A stretch of 64,000 bases of DNA from Eledone cirrhosa (GCA_964016885.1 OZ024742.1:34534001-34598000); one strand, 5' to 3'. Shown: positions 41,751 through 54,977, numbered from the stretch's first letter. Made by a program: numbers and translations. Notes: generated from the sequence alone by a model not told the origin.

Positions 41751-41869
41751 TCGCATGCTCCGAAGATCTGACTGGTTATAATTCTGTATTGGCGATCGAG
41801 TGACGCAAAATTAGGCGGATAGCGATCTCTAGACATACCAGTTCAGTGAAACAAATGTAAGCTATGTGA
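41751..41869 (+). ncRNA. Type I hammerhead ribozyme variant (CCGAAGA core, long helix II) in the 5' pLTR
   Basis: Stem I tcgcat-gct / agc-t-atgtga; core CCGAAGA; helix II ctga-ctggt...accag-t-tcag; GAAAC-aaat-GUA with predicted cleavage after 41859. Confidence 0.72.
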
Positions 41870-42139
41870 TTAAAAACTTTTTTGTATAGCAAACCATGTA
41901 AACCTTCTTTCCTGATTTATTATTACTCCAAGTGTTTACAACATAGGAATTACAGCATACCCGCAGCATCACTATGAAAACGCCTTGTTGAGTCAAACCA
42001 AGCCAAGCGTTAATATCATCCACTACCTGGAATACCATAACTGGACTTCACCTAAGTGGACTGCATTTAACTATTATTTGTTAATCCGTATATTTAGCTC
42101 CCACCTGGTCGAGCAACACCATTAACGCACGGCAACAAC

Positions 42140-44524
42140 ATGGAGAAGCACTGTATAGGTATGTCACTAAAAAACATACCTGTACCTACAAAAAAGGACT
42201 ATACACTGGGCATGATACGACGGACTAATGATTTCATCCGCAGGGTCCGATGGAAAGCTTACCATTTCGATAAGGGACCGAATACCAACAGAAGGGAATT
42301 TTCCAAGGAGAATTACGGGTTTAAATCCTGCAAAAACCCGCCAAACAACCCCGCACTCGATGCCTTCGAGCTGGATCTTATGAACATGATAAGTGAAACT
42401 AAATTTAAAAAAAGAACAAATCACAACAAATTGCAAAATGACTTAAACACATTACTTAAAAAACTAAAAGACACTAACGGTATCATAGTAAAAGCAGACA
42501 AAACATCAAACGTATACTCTATGGACATTAACACATACAATAACTTTATTCAGCGTGAACTACATAAAAAATATAAAAAAACAAATGAATCTACACTCAC
42601 CAGCATAAACATGGAGGGCCTCAAGATAGTTAATAAACTCGGAATTTCAGATAGGACCGAACCGCTTACCCCGTGCAACCCTACATTTAACCTGAAAGAT
42701 CACAAAAATAACTTTGAAACTAATCCTACCATTAGATTAATATGCCCATCCAAGTCAGACATAGGTAAAATTAGCAAAAACATTCTAGATAGGGTAATCG
42801 CACAAATAAAGGGTAAACTAGAAATCAATCTATGGGGCAACACTAACGAGGCAATTAAATGGTTCAATAAAATACAAAATAGGGATACGTGTAACTTCAT
42901 ACAATTTGATATAGACGACTATTATGCATCCATATCCCCAGCTACCCTAGATAAGGCGCTTATATTTGCCCAAAATAACTCTGATCTTACCCATGATGAA
43001 ATTGAAATAATAATAGCGGCTAGAAGGACTATCGTAAAATTTGAAAATAACTACTGGGTAAGAAAGGATAGAATAAATAGCTTCGATATTACAATGGGTT
43101 CAAATGATTCTGCGCAAATTACAGATATCGTGGGGCTATTCATAGCACACAACCTACATAAGGAATTCAGTAACCTCCAAGGAGGAATTTATAGGGACGA
43201 CACGTTACTTATAGCTAGGAACCTAAACAACCAGAGCATGGAAAGACTAAGGAAAAATATTAGAATATTCTTCAAAAAACTAGGCCTAAGTATTACCTAC
43301 GAACTCAACCATAAGAAGGTAAATTTTCTAGATGTAACTCTAAATCTAAATACTGGATTAATAGAACCTTTCCACAAAAATAATGAAAATCTTGCCTACA
43401 TTAGTTACAACTCAAATCACCCCAAATCCATAATTAAATCCATAGCACGTAGTATATCTCTCCGAATATCCCGCCTATCCTCAAACCTAGAAATCTTTAA
43501 CGAGCATGCTGACTATTATAATGCAGCATTAAGTAGGGCCGGTCATAAAGATAAACTACAGTATATAGTGAATAAGGACAACATAAACAATCCTAGTAAT
43601 TTCTACTCCAACCGCTCACATAATAATAGGAATAGCTTGACTAGACATAGGGTTAGACATGTAACACCTAGAATAAACGGCCAAAACACTAATAACGTAA
43701 ACCCTAGAAACAATAGAAGAAACAGACAAAGGAAATACCTATGGTTCAACCCAATATTCAACTCCTCTATAAAAACTAGACTGCCCTCTATATTCTTTAA
43801 ACTAATAGATAAACACTTCCCTATCTCGCATAGATATCACAAACTACTCAATAGATCTACTATAAAACTCTCTTTTTCAACAGCAGCTAACATAGAATCA
43901 CACATACGCAAGATCAACCGCAGAAATATCTCAAGTAAATCAATTGCACCTATACATAAGCACAAACTCATCACAACATCACAACCACAAGCGCATACAA
44001 ACGCGCAGCAGCAAAACCCCATTGGGCATATATCACAACCCACTTATAACAGGGTACTAAATAGGAATGTAAAAGCTGCACATAATAGCGCCTCAAACTG
44101 CAACTGTCACCTCCCAGATAGGTACCCATTGGCGAATAGATGTCTCGATTCGAGCCTGGTGTACATGTGCACTGTCATCTCGGGTAACTCCACTTGGAAT
44201 TACATAGGATCCACCGCGGGTTCTTTTAAGAAAAGATGGTATGTGCATAGGCACTCGATGAAAAACCGAGCTCTTATGGGTTCCACCACTCTCGCCAGAA
44301 AAATATGGGAATTGAAGGACAGCAACGCTAGCTACACTATCAACTGGTCGAAGTTGTCGGCTGCTAAAACCTATAGTACAGGTATGTCTTATTGCGGGCT
44401 GTGTGATCTTGAGCTATTGTATATCCTTAGAAATGTTAAAAGACTACTTAATAATAAGTTAGAAAGATCTATCTTCTGCAGGCATAGAATAGCCACTAAA
44501 TTCATAAGATTCAAACCTCCGTGA
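42140..44524 (+). CDS. Penelope-like retroelement (Naiad-type) reverse transcriptase + C-terminal GIY-YIG endonuclease, 794 aa, uninterrupted
   Basis: PLE N-terminal motifs (RRVRWKAYHF, KADKT). RT motifs FDIDDYY, MGSNDSAQ, IYRDD, FLDVTL. Cys linker CNCxxxxxYPLxxxC. GIY-YIG LVY...YIG...FKKRW..H, then CGLCDLE and terminal CRH. YRDD plus this endonuclease layout matches Naiad-clade PLEs (clade by recognition, not by search). Confidence 0.93.
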   Translation: MEKHCIGMSLKNIPVPTKKDYTLGMIRRTNDFIRRVRWKAYHFDKGPNTNRREFSKENYGFKSCKNPPNNPALDAFELDLMNMISETKFKKRTNHNKLQNDLNTLLKKLKDTNGIIVKADKTSNVYSMDINTYNNFIQRELHKKYKKTNESTLTSINMEGLKIVNKLGISDRTEPLTPCNPTFNLKDHKNNFETNPTIRLICPSKSDIGKISKNILDRVIAQIKGKLEINLWGNTNEAIKWFNKIQNRDTCNFIQFDIDDYYASISPATLDKALIFAQNNSDLTHDEIEIIIAARRTIVKFENNYWVRKDRINSFDITMGSNDSAQITDIVGLFIAHNLHKEFSNLQGGIYRDDTLLIARNLNNQSMERLRKNIRIFFKKLGLSITYELNHKKVNFLDVTLNLNTGLIEPFHKNNENLAYISYNSNHPKSIIKSIARSISLRISRLSSNLEIFNEHADYYNAALSRAGHKDKLQYIVNKDNINNPSNFYSNRSHNNRNSLTRHRVRHVTPRINGQNTNNVNPRNNRRNRQRKYLWFNPIFNSSIKTRLPSIFFKLIDKHFPISHRYHKLLNRSTIKLSFSTAANIESHIRKINRRNISSKSIAPIHKHKLITTSQPQAHTNAQQQNPIGHISQPTYNRVLNRNVKAAHNSASNCNCHLPDRYPLANRCLDSSLVYMCTVISGNSTWNYIGSTAGSFKKRWYVHRHSMKNRALMGSTTLARKIWELKDSNASYTINWSKLSAAKTYSTGMSYCGLCDLELLYILRNVKRLLNNKLERSIFCRHRIATKFIRFKPP

Positions 44525-44857
44525 ATCGAACCAACATAACATAGCTTTAAATTAGGATACCTACTACCCACAGAAATATATTCATTAAGTATACTATTTC
44601 CTTCACAAGTCTATACCACACAATAGTCTGTAAATACCTCTTCTACCAACACTCTTACTCCTTCTCAGCTGCTGCAATCATTTGATCCTAGATCCTAGTT
44701 TTTCTCATTTCACTACTACAATGTTACTTTACCTTCTTTTTGCCATATTACAATTAGCACGCTTTTCTCTTTGCATGTATGTATATTTTTGTACGAGTGT
44801 ATATTAGTGTGTATGTATGTGTCTATGTACACATATATGTGTATGTGTATTTATATT

Positions 44858-44934
<77 letters not shown>

Positions 44935-45288
44935 AGATATATGCGTATATTAATTCGTTAACCTCTGTATTAACTCTACAACTATTGAGCTTTGACAGTG
45001 GTCCCACTCATGTATACGGTTGAAGATGAAGAGAAAGACTGTAAAAACTAGCTTATCTTTATAATTTAAAATTGATACACACTACGATACTTTTTGCCTT
45101 ATGACAGCTGGTTTTCACGCTGTAACATTAGATACATTATATACCCCCCACCTAAGTAATGTCAGGGTCTCCTTAAATAGTTTATTGATAGCATTGTTGT
45201 AATAATTGTTGTTGTTTATTGTTCTAATTGAATGCCATAACTACTCCATATTTTCTTTTATTTTCTTGCCTGTGTATTTTCTTCATTC

Positions 45289-45407
45289 TCGCATGCTCCG
45301 AAGATCTGACTGGTTATAATTCTGTATTGGCGATCGAGTGACGCAAAATTAGGCGGATAGCGATCTCTAGACATACCAGTTCAGTGAAACAAATGTAAGC
45401 TATGTGA
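45289..45407 (+). ncRNA. Type I hammerhead ribozyme variant (CCGAAGA core) in the 3' pLTR
   Basis: Identical copy of 41751-41869. Confidence 0.72.
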
Positions 45408-45625
45408 TTAAAAACTTTTTTGTATAGCAAACCATGTAAACCTTCTTTCCTGATTTATTATTACTCCAAGTGTTTACAACATAGGAATTACAGCATACCC
45501 GCAGCATCACTATGAAAACGCCTTGTTGAGTCAAACCAAGCCAAGCGTTAATATCATCCACTACCTGGAATACCATAACTGGACTTCACCTAAGTGGACT
45601 GCATTTAACTATTATTTGTTAATCC

Positions 45626-45725
<100 letters not shown>

Positions 45726-45788
45726 ATATATATATATATAATTCAAGAAAAAAGAGTGACATGGTTCGCTATACAATAAGGGCTTTAT

Positions 45789-45909
45789 TCACATTGCTGA
45801 CAATTGTTTCTTCGATCTGGTAGGTCTAGAGTTCGATACTCGCCTGATTTTGCATCAATCAATCTCCAATACTTTGTTTATGACCAGTCGTTTTCATCGG
45901 AGCACGCGA
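45789..45909 (-). ncRNA. Hammerhead variant (CCGAUGA), divergent Naiad pLTR relic
   Basis: Minus strand tgct-CCGATGA-aaa-cgactggt...accagatcg-aa-GAAAC-aatt-GUC-agca. Helix II base differs from the 41751 copy but still pairs. Confidence 0.68.
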
Positions 45910-46475
45910 TATACGGAGTACTCTAACTGGACTACATCTAAGTGGACTGCCTATAAAGATAACCTGTTATCCTGTATATATATATATATATTTATATATC
46001 TTAAGGTTACTTGCATAATTAGAAGATCGAACGAGTGGAAAAACAATCGGAGATTTTCCCTTCCTATCGGATGACTACGTCTCTGTATATATATATATAT
46101 ATATATATTTATTTATTTATTTAAAAATTACTTATCCCTTATAAATTATTTTAAAAAAAATTTTCTCAAATTTTTCAATATTTTTTCAATACTTTATCAA
46201 TATTTTTTAAATATTTTTCAATAGATTTATAACCACTAACTGATTCTGTCTAAATGCATCTTTCAACATCTATACTTATTTTGACTAAATAGTCTCACAC
46301 TAACGAATAAATAAATTAAACCGGAGTTTTTTCCGTATCTTCCCATTTTAAATCATATAAATATATTAACTGAGTTAATTTAATTTAATTTAACTTAATA
46401 TTTATTTACATTAAATACAAAACCAATATCCCTCATAACTCATTAGAACAATTATCTATAAAATGATATACCCAT

Positions 46476-46506
<31 letters not shown>

Positions 46507-46904
46507 TGTATTTATTTATTTATTTATCTGCTTATAACAGAAGAAAAATATTATATTATAAACAAATTTTGAACAACTAATAATCGTAAATATATGTACT
46601 ATTAAAATATATTACTTAGAATATATTTCCCTCAAATTAATGTTATATGAGTTTTTATACATCTTCTCTTGTTTCTTTCTTCTCTATCTCTCTCTCTCGC
46701 ACTATTTTATCCTTCTACTCTTATCTCTTCTCTCTCTCTCCATAGTCGTTTAAATAAACGGTTGTTTTTCAATTATTTACATATTCATTTGAATATTCAC
46801 ACATAAGTTTGAAAAATCCCTGATATATTTCCACTATCCAGTGAATATCCAGCCGATAAGGTATGATTTTCATGGGTATGTCTCTATTTATAAAAAAAAC
46901 TTTG

Positions 46905-46967
46905 TATTTTATCTGATGAAAGCGTACCAATATGTCTTGGTACCCTTGAAATATATATAATAAAATA
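46905..46967 (+). ncRNA. Type I hammerhead ribozyme
   Basis: tattttat-CTGATGA-aagcgtaccaa-tatgtc-ttggtaccctt-GAAA-tatata-UA-ataaaata. A decayed sibling lies at about 21546-21600. Confidence 0.78.
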
Positions 46968-47116
46968 AATATGGTTTTATAAATATAGTGTCCATTCATT
47001 TAATATCATTGTATATTATATATATATATATTAAACTAGTATCCTTAAGATAGCAACACAAATGAAAACAGAGGGCACACACTATGTTAATTTCGAGTGA
47101 GTAGAGAATTAGATTG

Positions 47117-47181
<65 letters not shown>

Positions 47182-47924
47182 CATAGATATTATGAGAAAG
47201 TCTGATGCATCATCACCAAAATTTTGGCTATAGAAAAACAGTCAAAATAATACGAAATATAAGCCCCATGAAAGCAAAAATATCAGCACCTGCTGTACGA
47301 TTATTCGAGACCCAAGAGTATATATATATATATAGAAGCAGATAGATAGATAAAATGATACAACATAAAACGAGGGAGAAAGAGGAAGAGAAAGATATAA
47401 AGATATATATATAGATATATTATCAACATGAAATTCTAAATAGAAAACATTTCAACAATATACATTGTTGATGTCTAGTTTTGTAGAGTGGACAAAGGAA
47501 GCTGGTTTATGTGGCTAGAGTTCAGTTACATATTTAACTACGCTATAGATAGATTATTTTTGTGGACATGAATGGGTTAATTAGGAGATGATTGGCAAGG
47601 TGTATTTCAACGAAATTTTGCCCAATCTGCTGAAAATGGAAAGAACGGTGTACAAAAACTCAATTCTATTAGAACATTTTTATGACATTGATGGCGTAAT
47701 TGGAACTGAGTTTGATATATTTTACTACGATATCTACCTACGTATTTAATTTTGTTTTTGCGTGCGTGTATATATGAATGTGTCGTATGTATGTATGTAT
47801 GTATGTATGTATGTATGTATGTATGTATGTATGTATGTATGTATGTATGTATGTATGTATGTATGTGTGTAACCTAGTATAATTGCGTAAAGATTGCCTC
47901 TGCTATTTTGCTTGTTTCATTTAT

Positions 47925-48101
<177 letters not shown>

Positions 48102-48190
48102 GGGAATATAGATAGATAGACAGACAGATAGAAAGATAGATAGATAGACAGACAGACAGATAGCTAGCTAGATAGATAGAGAGAGAGAGG

Positions 48191-48254
<64 letters not shown>

Positions 48255-49141
48255 CAGATCTTCACCGCGATTGAATCTTTATATAGACCTAGTACTTGTG
48301 TATGTGAAGAATAATAGGAGAATACAATTTATAAAGTGATTCAAGTACTTTCGAAGACCGTAGTTCATTATCTATTATTGAAAATATTTCAGTATCCTTT
48401 ATGTTATATATCCTAGATAACCTACGATAAATACTATATGACACAGTAGATCTGTTATCCAGCGCTGCTGTATCTATTCCGGATCCGAACCGTTTGAGTT
48501 CAAATCCCTCCAAAAGCGTTTTTTTTTTTTTTAAAGAAAATGAATAAAATTCAAATAAAGGGTGGTGGATTTCAGGAATTTGTTCGGAAATTATGATTTC
48601 TGATTTGAAATCCCACCGTGCCCTACATGAGTGGTAGACATATTCCGTCGCGCACTTTAACACCCCCACTTCCACACCCCCTACCAATCTCTGGCATTGA
48701 AAAGGTTCATGGACATTGCCATTCTACTTTACTAAATTATAAAATAAAGTTGATAAAAGGCTGAAAGATAGCATCTACGGCGTTTGGAGCTCGTCCGATA
48801 CTGGGAAAATTGCTGCGAGTTAGAGTCAGTAGAATAGGGTCTACAAACAAAATATGATGAACAATCTGATGAAACGTTTGTGTATAGTGTTTATATATGA
48901 GGGTTCATGAAGCCTAACAGGACAGACACGCCACACACCAGATAGAAAGCAATGTGCAAAAGATATGAGGTTGTTGGATTAACGCCATTAAGAACGACAA
49001 GAGGAACAACGCCCCCTGTCAATTGCAGTTTGAATCGTTTTGATGAGTGAATCCTTGTGGTTCGGTCACGCTGGCGCACCGCCCTTGGGATATATATATA
49101 TTTATATATAGTTATACTTGAGGAGGGTCATACTGCAAAAC

Positions 49142-49208
<67 letters not shown>

Positions 49209-50107
49209 TTACGTTTACTAGCAGAAGAACCACACTTCTGGTGGTTTTCTGCTGGCATGTGCAGTGTATATATTGATATTGACACAAGTATATATGCATG
49301 TAGATATGATACATCAAATAACATCGTAATTGACAATATACACAGAAATTGAACGAAGTCTGTGTTACACTGTCTTATGTAATCAGTAACGTATTCCATG
49401 GAACATTAAAAAAAGACGATATTATATATAAACTGCATTAGGAGAAAATTAGTGACGGAAATATATGAATGTTTATTTAAGCGATCGCTAACCGGAAGTG
49501 TTGACATTTGAAAATTTTAAAGAAGTGAATCTTTAAATAAGCGATAAAATATATTTAATCAACAGCTACGAAATTTAGTAGATAAATTGTGTAATATTCA
49601 TTCATTATTTATTCAAAGTAATCCAACTTATTTTACTAAGTTCTTTAACAGAAATAAACCGTACGCAGTGCCGCTCTCCTTACTTTTTAAAGTTTAGATT
49701 CAGGGGGTGGACCTACAGTAACTTGACGTTACAATCCCTAAATTATATATATGTGTGTTTGCACGCGCGCGAGTGTGAGTGTCTGTGTGTGTGAGGGGGT
49801 CCCTGGGCCTCTATGTGTGCATTATATTAGAGTAAATACATGTATACACGTTTTAGTCAGTATGTAGCAATGAAATACATCCATATGCGCTGATATACAT
49901 TGCTCTGTATTATAAAAAATAGAATCTTTAATCTCTACATGCTCCAATGCTCATCAATTCCTTGCAACAATTTATTTTCATCTCAGTCTTTATATTTGAA
50001 ATGTTTTCACTCACATATTTATTCATAAGTCTATTAACCCAGAAATATATACATGCATATATATATATGTGTGTGTACGTGTGTGTGTGTTTACGTGTAT
50101 GTGTATA

Positions 50108-50138
<31 letters not shown>

Positions 50139-50267
50139 GTGCGTATCATGAATTCATTTAAACAAATGATAGAACTTCGATCATTTTCTCAATTCAATAT
50201 TCAATATATATCTGCGGTGTTAAGAACAAACATATATATATATATATGTATACATATATATATATAT

Positions 50268-50352
<85 letters not shown>

Positions 50353-51038
50353 AGAGAGTATTGAAGTTTGCTTGAAGCATTGTGGAATAATAAGTAAATA
50401 TCTTTAAGTCGTTTGGAAGCCTCGACAATGCAAATGGGTAAATCTCCGGGTAACAAGATCTGGTGGTGGAGAGAGAGATGTAAGTGGGTGTACGTTGAGA
50501 TGCGTGGTGTGTATAAGATGTGTAGAAGAATGAAGGGAAGAGTATAAAGGATAAAGTAAAAATAACAACACAGGAGAGAGTTACCTTGGGAGAGATTTAA
50601 TAGTCCCTATATATTTCGGATTCACACCCATCAACTGGGGTTTTTTTCCGGGGTGGGGGAAATGTTGTCTCTCGGACAGGTGCGAAACGCGTCCTCCGCT
50701 GTTTGTTGTTTTGAATATCTGAGATATTCGGCAGAGCGCGCGTGCGCGTGAAATGGGGTCGGTCGGGCAGAGGTCAGCGGCCGAATGAGGGAGTGGGGTG
50801 GCGCTAGCTGTCAGTCCATTCTCTGCCTGTTTGTTAAATGTTACTGTGTGTGTGTGTGCGTGTGTTGTTGTCTCGCTTGAGTGTGTGTGTGTGTGCGTGT
50901 GTTATTGCCTTGTTCCTGTGTATTGGCAGTGTAGTATGTTCGTATGGTGGAATGCTACTGTGTGTGTGTGTGTGTGTAGTTATCTCGTTTGTGTGTGTGT
51001 GTGTGCGTGTATTGTGTGTTGCTGCATCGTTTGTTAAC

Positions 51039-53580
51039 TTAAACCAGCCATCTCATTTCGCTTCTCTCTGATCGGTTGTTTATTTGCGGTTGCAGGCGTT
51101 TGATAAAAAGCGCTTCCTTGATACGTAACGTGCCGACGTTTCTCTCAGTCGCTAGAATTGTGACAATGGGCCTTCGGTCTTTGTTTCCGCATTTGTCTAT
51201 GTGTTTCCGGAAGGACGAGGCCCTGGTTTTAGTGTGTTCCTTGATCCGGATGTGCAAAGGTCGGATTGTGCTACCTAAGTAGTATTGGTTGCACCTGTCA
51301 CATTCTATCTTATACACGACGTTGTGCGTAGGCAACAGTTCGCATGGCGTATCGGGCAGTCTCTGAGGGAGCATGCGTCAGTAGATTTCCCGGATTTCCT
51401 GGAGAGGCATCTTCGCAGGGAGGGGCCCGAGTGGGCAAGGTGGATGTCGAGGCCCTCTCTCCGGTGGATGTCGAGGCCTTGCGGATAACGTTAGTGGTAT
51501 TCTCGCCCAGGTGTGGCATTTTAAGGAAGCACTTGCCTTGGGTGCCTCTCTGTCTCTTGTGTCTGCTATTCTGTCTGTGATCGAGGTAGGGTACCCGTTC
51601 GTCTCCAGCACCTCGAGGAATCGCTTGGTATGAGTGACACCACTCGCGGGATCGCTGCATCTGTTTTGGATTCGCGCGATCTCGTTCGTGATGTATCCTC
51701 TTTTGGCACTGTTAGGGAGGGCGGACTTGTAGTGAACGAACAGGTCCCTGCGGGCTGCCTTTCGGTAGAAGTTGCAGTGGGTCCTTCCCTGTTCCGTGAT
51801 GTTGATTCGGAAGTCGAGGAGGGCAAGTGACCCGTCTTCGTTGGGGTGTTCAACACTGAAGTCAATGTTCTCGTCTGTGTTGTTGAACGTTTCATAGATT
51901 CTGTTCGCCGTGTCTTGGGAAGATGTGAGGATGAGGATATCGTCCACGTACCTTGAGAAAAAGGCTACGGCGTTGGGGTGGCAGGCGTTGAGTGCCTTGC
52001 GTTCGAGGTTGTCCATGTAAGAGATCGCTAGCACACCTGATAGGCTTGATCCCATGGGCAATCCCGAAGTTTGTGGTATGTTTGGTCAAGGAATCCGAAT
52101 TAGGTGTTGTCGACGACGATGGATAGGAGTTGGTGGATGTCAGTGGTGGTGAGCCCGAACAGTGTAGGTCGGTGGATTGGACGCGTTCCATCAGTATATT
52201 GACGGCCGCGAGTGCCGGGACTGAGGTGTAGAGAGCGACTACATCAAGGCTGAAGGCATATCTGTTATTCCTTCTGGTGTCGGGATCCATTTGATGCAGG
52301 CGCTTCAACACCTCCTCGGAGCTGTTAACGTGTCCCGGAAAGGTGTCTAAGATGGGTTTGAGTATTCGATACGTTGGGCCTGATCTTCAGGTCGGGTCCC
52401 TGTTTGTGTGTTTTCACGAGTTGGTAGAAGGCGTGTAGTCAGCTGTTCCTCGTGAGGAGGTTGTATCTCAGCTTCTTCGGGAGCTTCCGCCGGTCGCAGA
52501 TGTTGGTCCAGGCGGCATTGATGTGCTCTTCTATCTGCGCCGGAGTGATTCCCGTGACCTTGGTGTAGAGGTTGTCATCGTCAAGGTGTTGGAGGGCCAG
52601 GGTGTTGTAGGCCTCTCTGCTGATGACGCAGAATTCTTTTCCCTTATCGGAGGGGAGATAGATGAGGTTCTTCGATTTTAGGTTGGAGAGAGTGGTGAGT
52701 TGAGATTTGGTGAGGTTATGTGTTGTGCGTGTGTGTGTGTGTCTGTGAAGTATATCCGAGATGGAGTGTTTTAGCCTGATGAGTTTAGTGTCGAGTTCGT
52801 GGTTGGTGGGTGGGGGTGGAGTGGGTTGTCGGGGTGGTAAGTGGGGAACTTGGGGTGGGTTGCGTGGGCGCTGTTATTTTCTGTGGCGCTGTTGATGGCG
52901 GTCACCCATTTAAGTTGGTAAGCGGCTCGACAAAAGTTGGCCTCGATGTTGAGTTTGAGTCTGTCGCCGAGACGTTGTGAGACGATGAACTTGGGTCCGA
53001 GGTGTAGGAGTTTCAGCTCGTCGCTCGTGAGAGTGCCGGTTAGGTCGGTGACCAGGTGCGTCGCATCGTTGAGGTATGGCTCGGTGTTGGTGGATGTGGC
53101 GGTGGCGGTTGTTGAGTTGTTGTTTCCCACGTGGTTCTGGTCCGTCTGTTCGTTAGTGTCGATATTCTCGTTGTGGCGTTTCGACAAGATCCACTCATAT
53201 TTTCGCTTGAGCCGTTTTTTCTGGTATTGGACTCTGGAGTGGTAGCACTGGTCGATTGCTTTAGTGATTTTCAGGAGCAAGTTCCCGGGTGCTATTGGCA
53301 ATCGATGTGTCCGCTCTGAGAGTGTCCGCTTATGGACGTGTAATTGGCGGTTGAGATGTCTCAGGATCTGTTTAATACACGTGCGATGTATGCGGTTAGT
53401 GGTGTTTTGGAAAGCTGGTGTACTAGGCTTACTGGTAAGCGGATGTTCCTGATGGTGTTGGGGATGACATCGTTTTTTAGGCAGCGTTTCAGGAAAATAA
53501 TTTGACAGCCAGCGTTGGCCCATTTCTCCGACAGTCTAAACAGTTCCCTTACGGATGCAAACAATTCCCGGCTCAGGTGT
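51039..53580 (-). pseudogene. Frameshifted PLE RT + GIY-YIG ORF (YVDD type; clade not resolved)
   Basis: Pieces in different frames carry LHLGPKF, SDKG, SLDVVALYTSVP, PMGSSLS, RYVDD, LLDF, FYRK and NVVYKIECDRCNQYYLGSTIRPLHIRIKEH...EALFI...PQIN. Confidence 0.9.
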
Positions 53581-54340
53581 AAGGATAAGAGAGTATTGAA
53601 GTTTGCTTGAAGCATTGTGGAATAATAAGTAAATATCTTTAAGTCGTTTGGAAGCCTCGACAATGCACATACGTCGTGTATAAGATAGAATGTGACAGGT
53701 ACAACCAATACTACATAGGTAGCACAATCCGACCTTTGCACATTCGGATCAAGGAACACACTAAAACCAGGGCCTCGTCCTTCCGGAAACACATAGACAA
53801 ATGCGGAAACAAAGACGGAAGGCCCATTGTCACAATTCTAGCGACTGAAAGAAACGTCGGCACGTTATGTATCAAGGAAGCGCTTTTTATCAAACGCCTG
53901 CAACCGCAAATAAACAACCGATCAGAGAGAAACGAAATGAGATGGCTGGTTTAAGTTAACAAACGATGCAGCAACACACAACACACGTCCACACACAAGC
54001 GAGACAACTACACACACACACACACAGTAGCATTCCACCATACGAACATACTACACTGCCAATACAGAGGAACAAGGCAATAACACACGCGCACACACAC
54101 TCAAGCGAGACAACAACACACGCACACACACACAGAGTAACATTTAACAAACAGGCAGAGAATGGACTGACAGCTAGCGCCACCCCACTCCCTCATTCGG
54201 CCGCTGACCTCTGCCCGACCGACCCCATTTCACGCGCACGCGCGCTCTGCCGAATAGCTTAGATATTCAAAACAACAAACAGCGGAGGACGCGTTTCGCA
54301 CCTGTCCGACAGACAACATTCCCCCCACCCCGGAAAAAAA

Positions 54341-54376
54341 CCCCAGTTGATGGATGTGAATCCGAAATATATAGGA
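54341..54376 (+). ncRNA. Hammerhead-like motif with CAGUUGA core (also 50605-50640 and 29472-29507 on the minus strand)
   Basis: ccc-CAGTTGA-t-ggat-gtga-atcc-GAAA-tata-UA-gg(g/a); sense to the element ORF and located in the pLTR. Confidence 0.5.
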
Positions 54377-54572
54377 ACTATTAAATCTCTCCCAAGGTAA
54401 CTCTCTCTTGTGTTGTTATTTTTATTTTATCCTTTATACTCTTCCCTTCATTCTTCTACACATCTTATACACACCACGCATCTCAACGTACACCCACTTA
54501 CAACTCTCTCTCTCCGCCACCGGATCTTGTTACCCGGAGATTTACCCATTTGCATTGTCGAGGCTTCCAAAC

Positions 54573-54620
<48 letters not shown>

Positions 54621-54718
54621 TATTTCGATCCAGAAATACTGATTCCAAAATAATATAATACAAGCTAACAGCTATCAAGTAATTTCCTTCAAATATGTAT
54701 ATATATATAACTATTTAA

Positions 54719-54832
<114 letters not shown>

Positions 54833-54908
54833 GTAAGTATGTATGTATACATTTAAGTAAGTGCCGTACTAAGAGTGAGAAATGAAATTTCGTTTCAATC
54901 TATTCCAA

Positions 54909-54977
<69 letters not shown>

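Larger units (their letters stand above)
50351..54575 (-). mobile_element. Second-family PLE: 3' pLTR (50351-51038), ORF, truncated tandem pLTR (about 53586-53667), inverted GIY-YIG + pLTR segment (about 53668-54575)
   Basis: 53668-54575 is the reverse complement of about 50410-51325; 53586-53667 repeats 50351-50432; both outer ends abut (TA)n. Confidence 0.9.

Noticed and set aside
50680-50700. GAAACGCGTC as a hammerhead 3' half
   Set aside because: Antisense to the element, and no CUGANGA-like core or helix II upstream.
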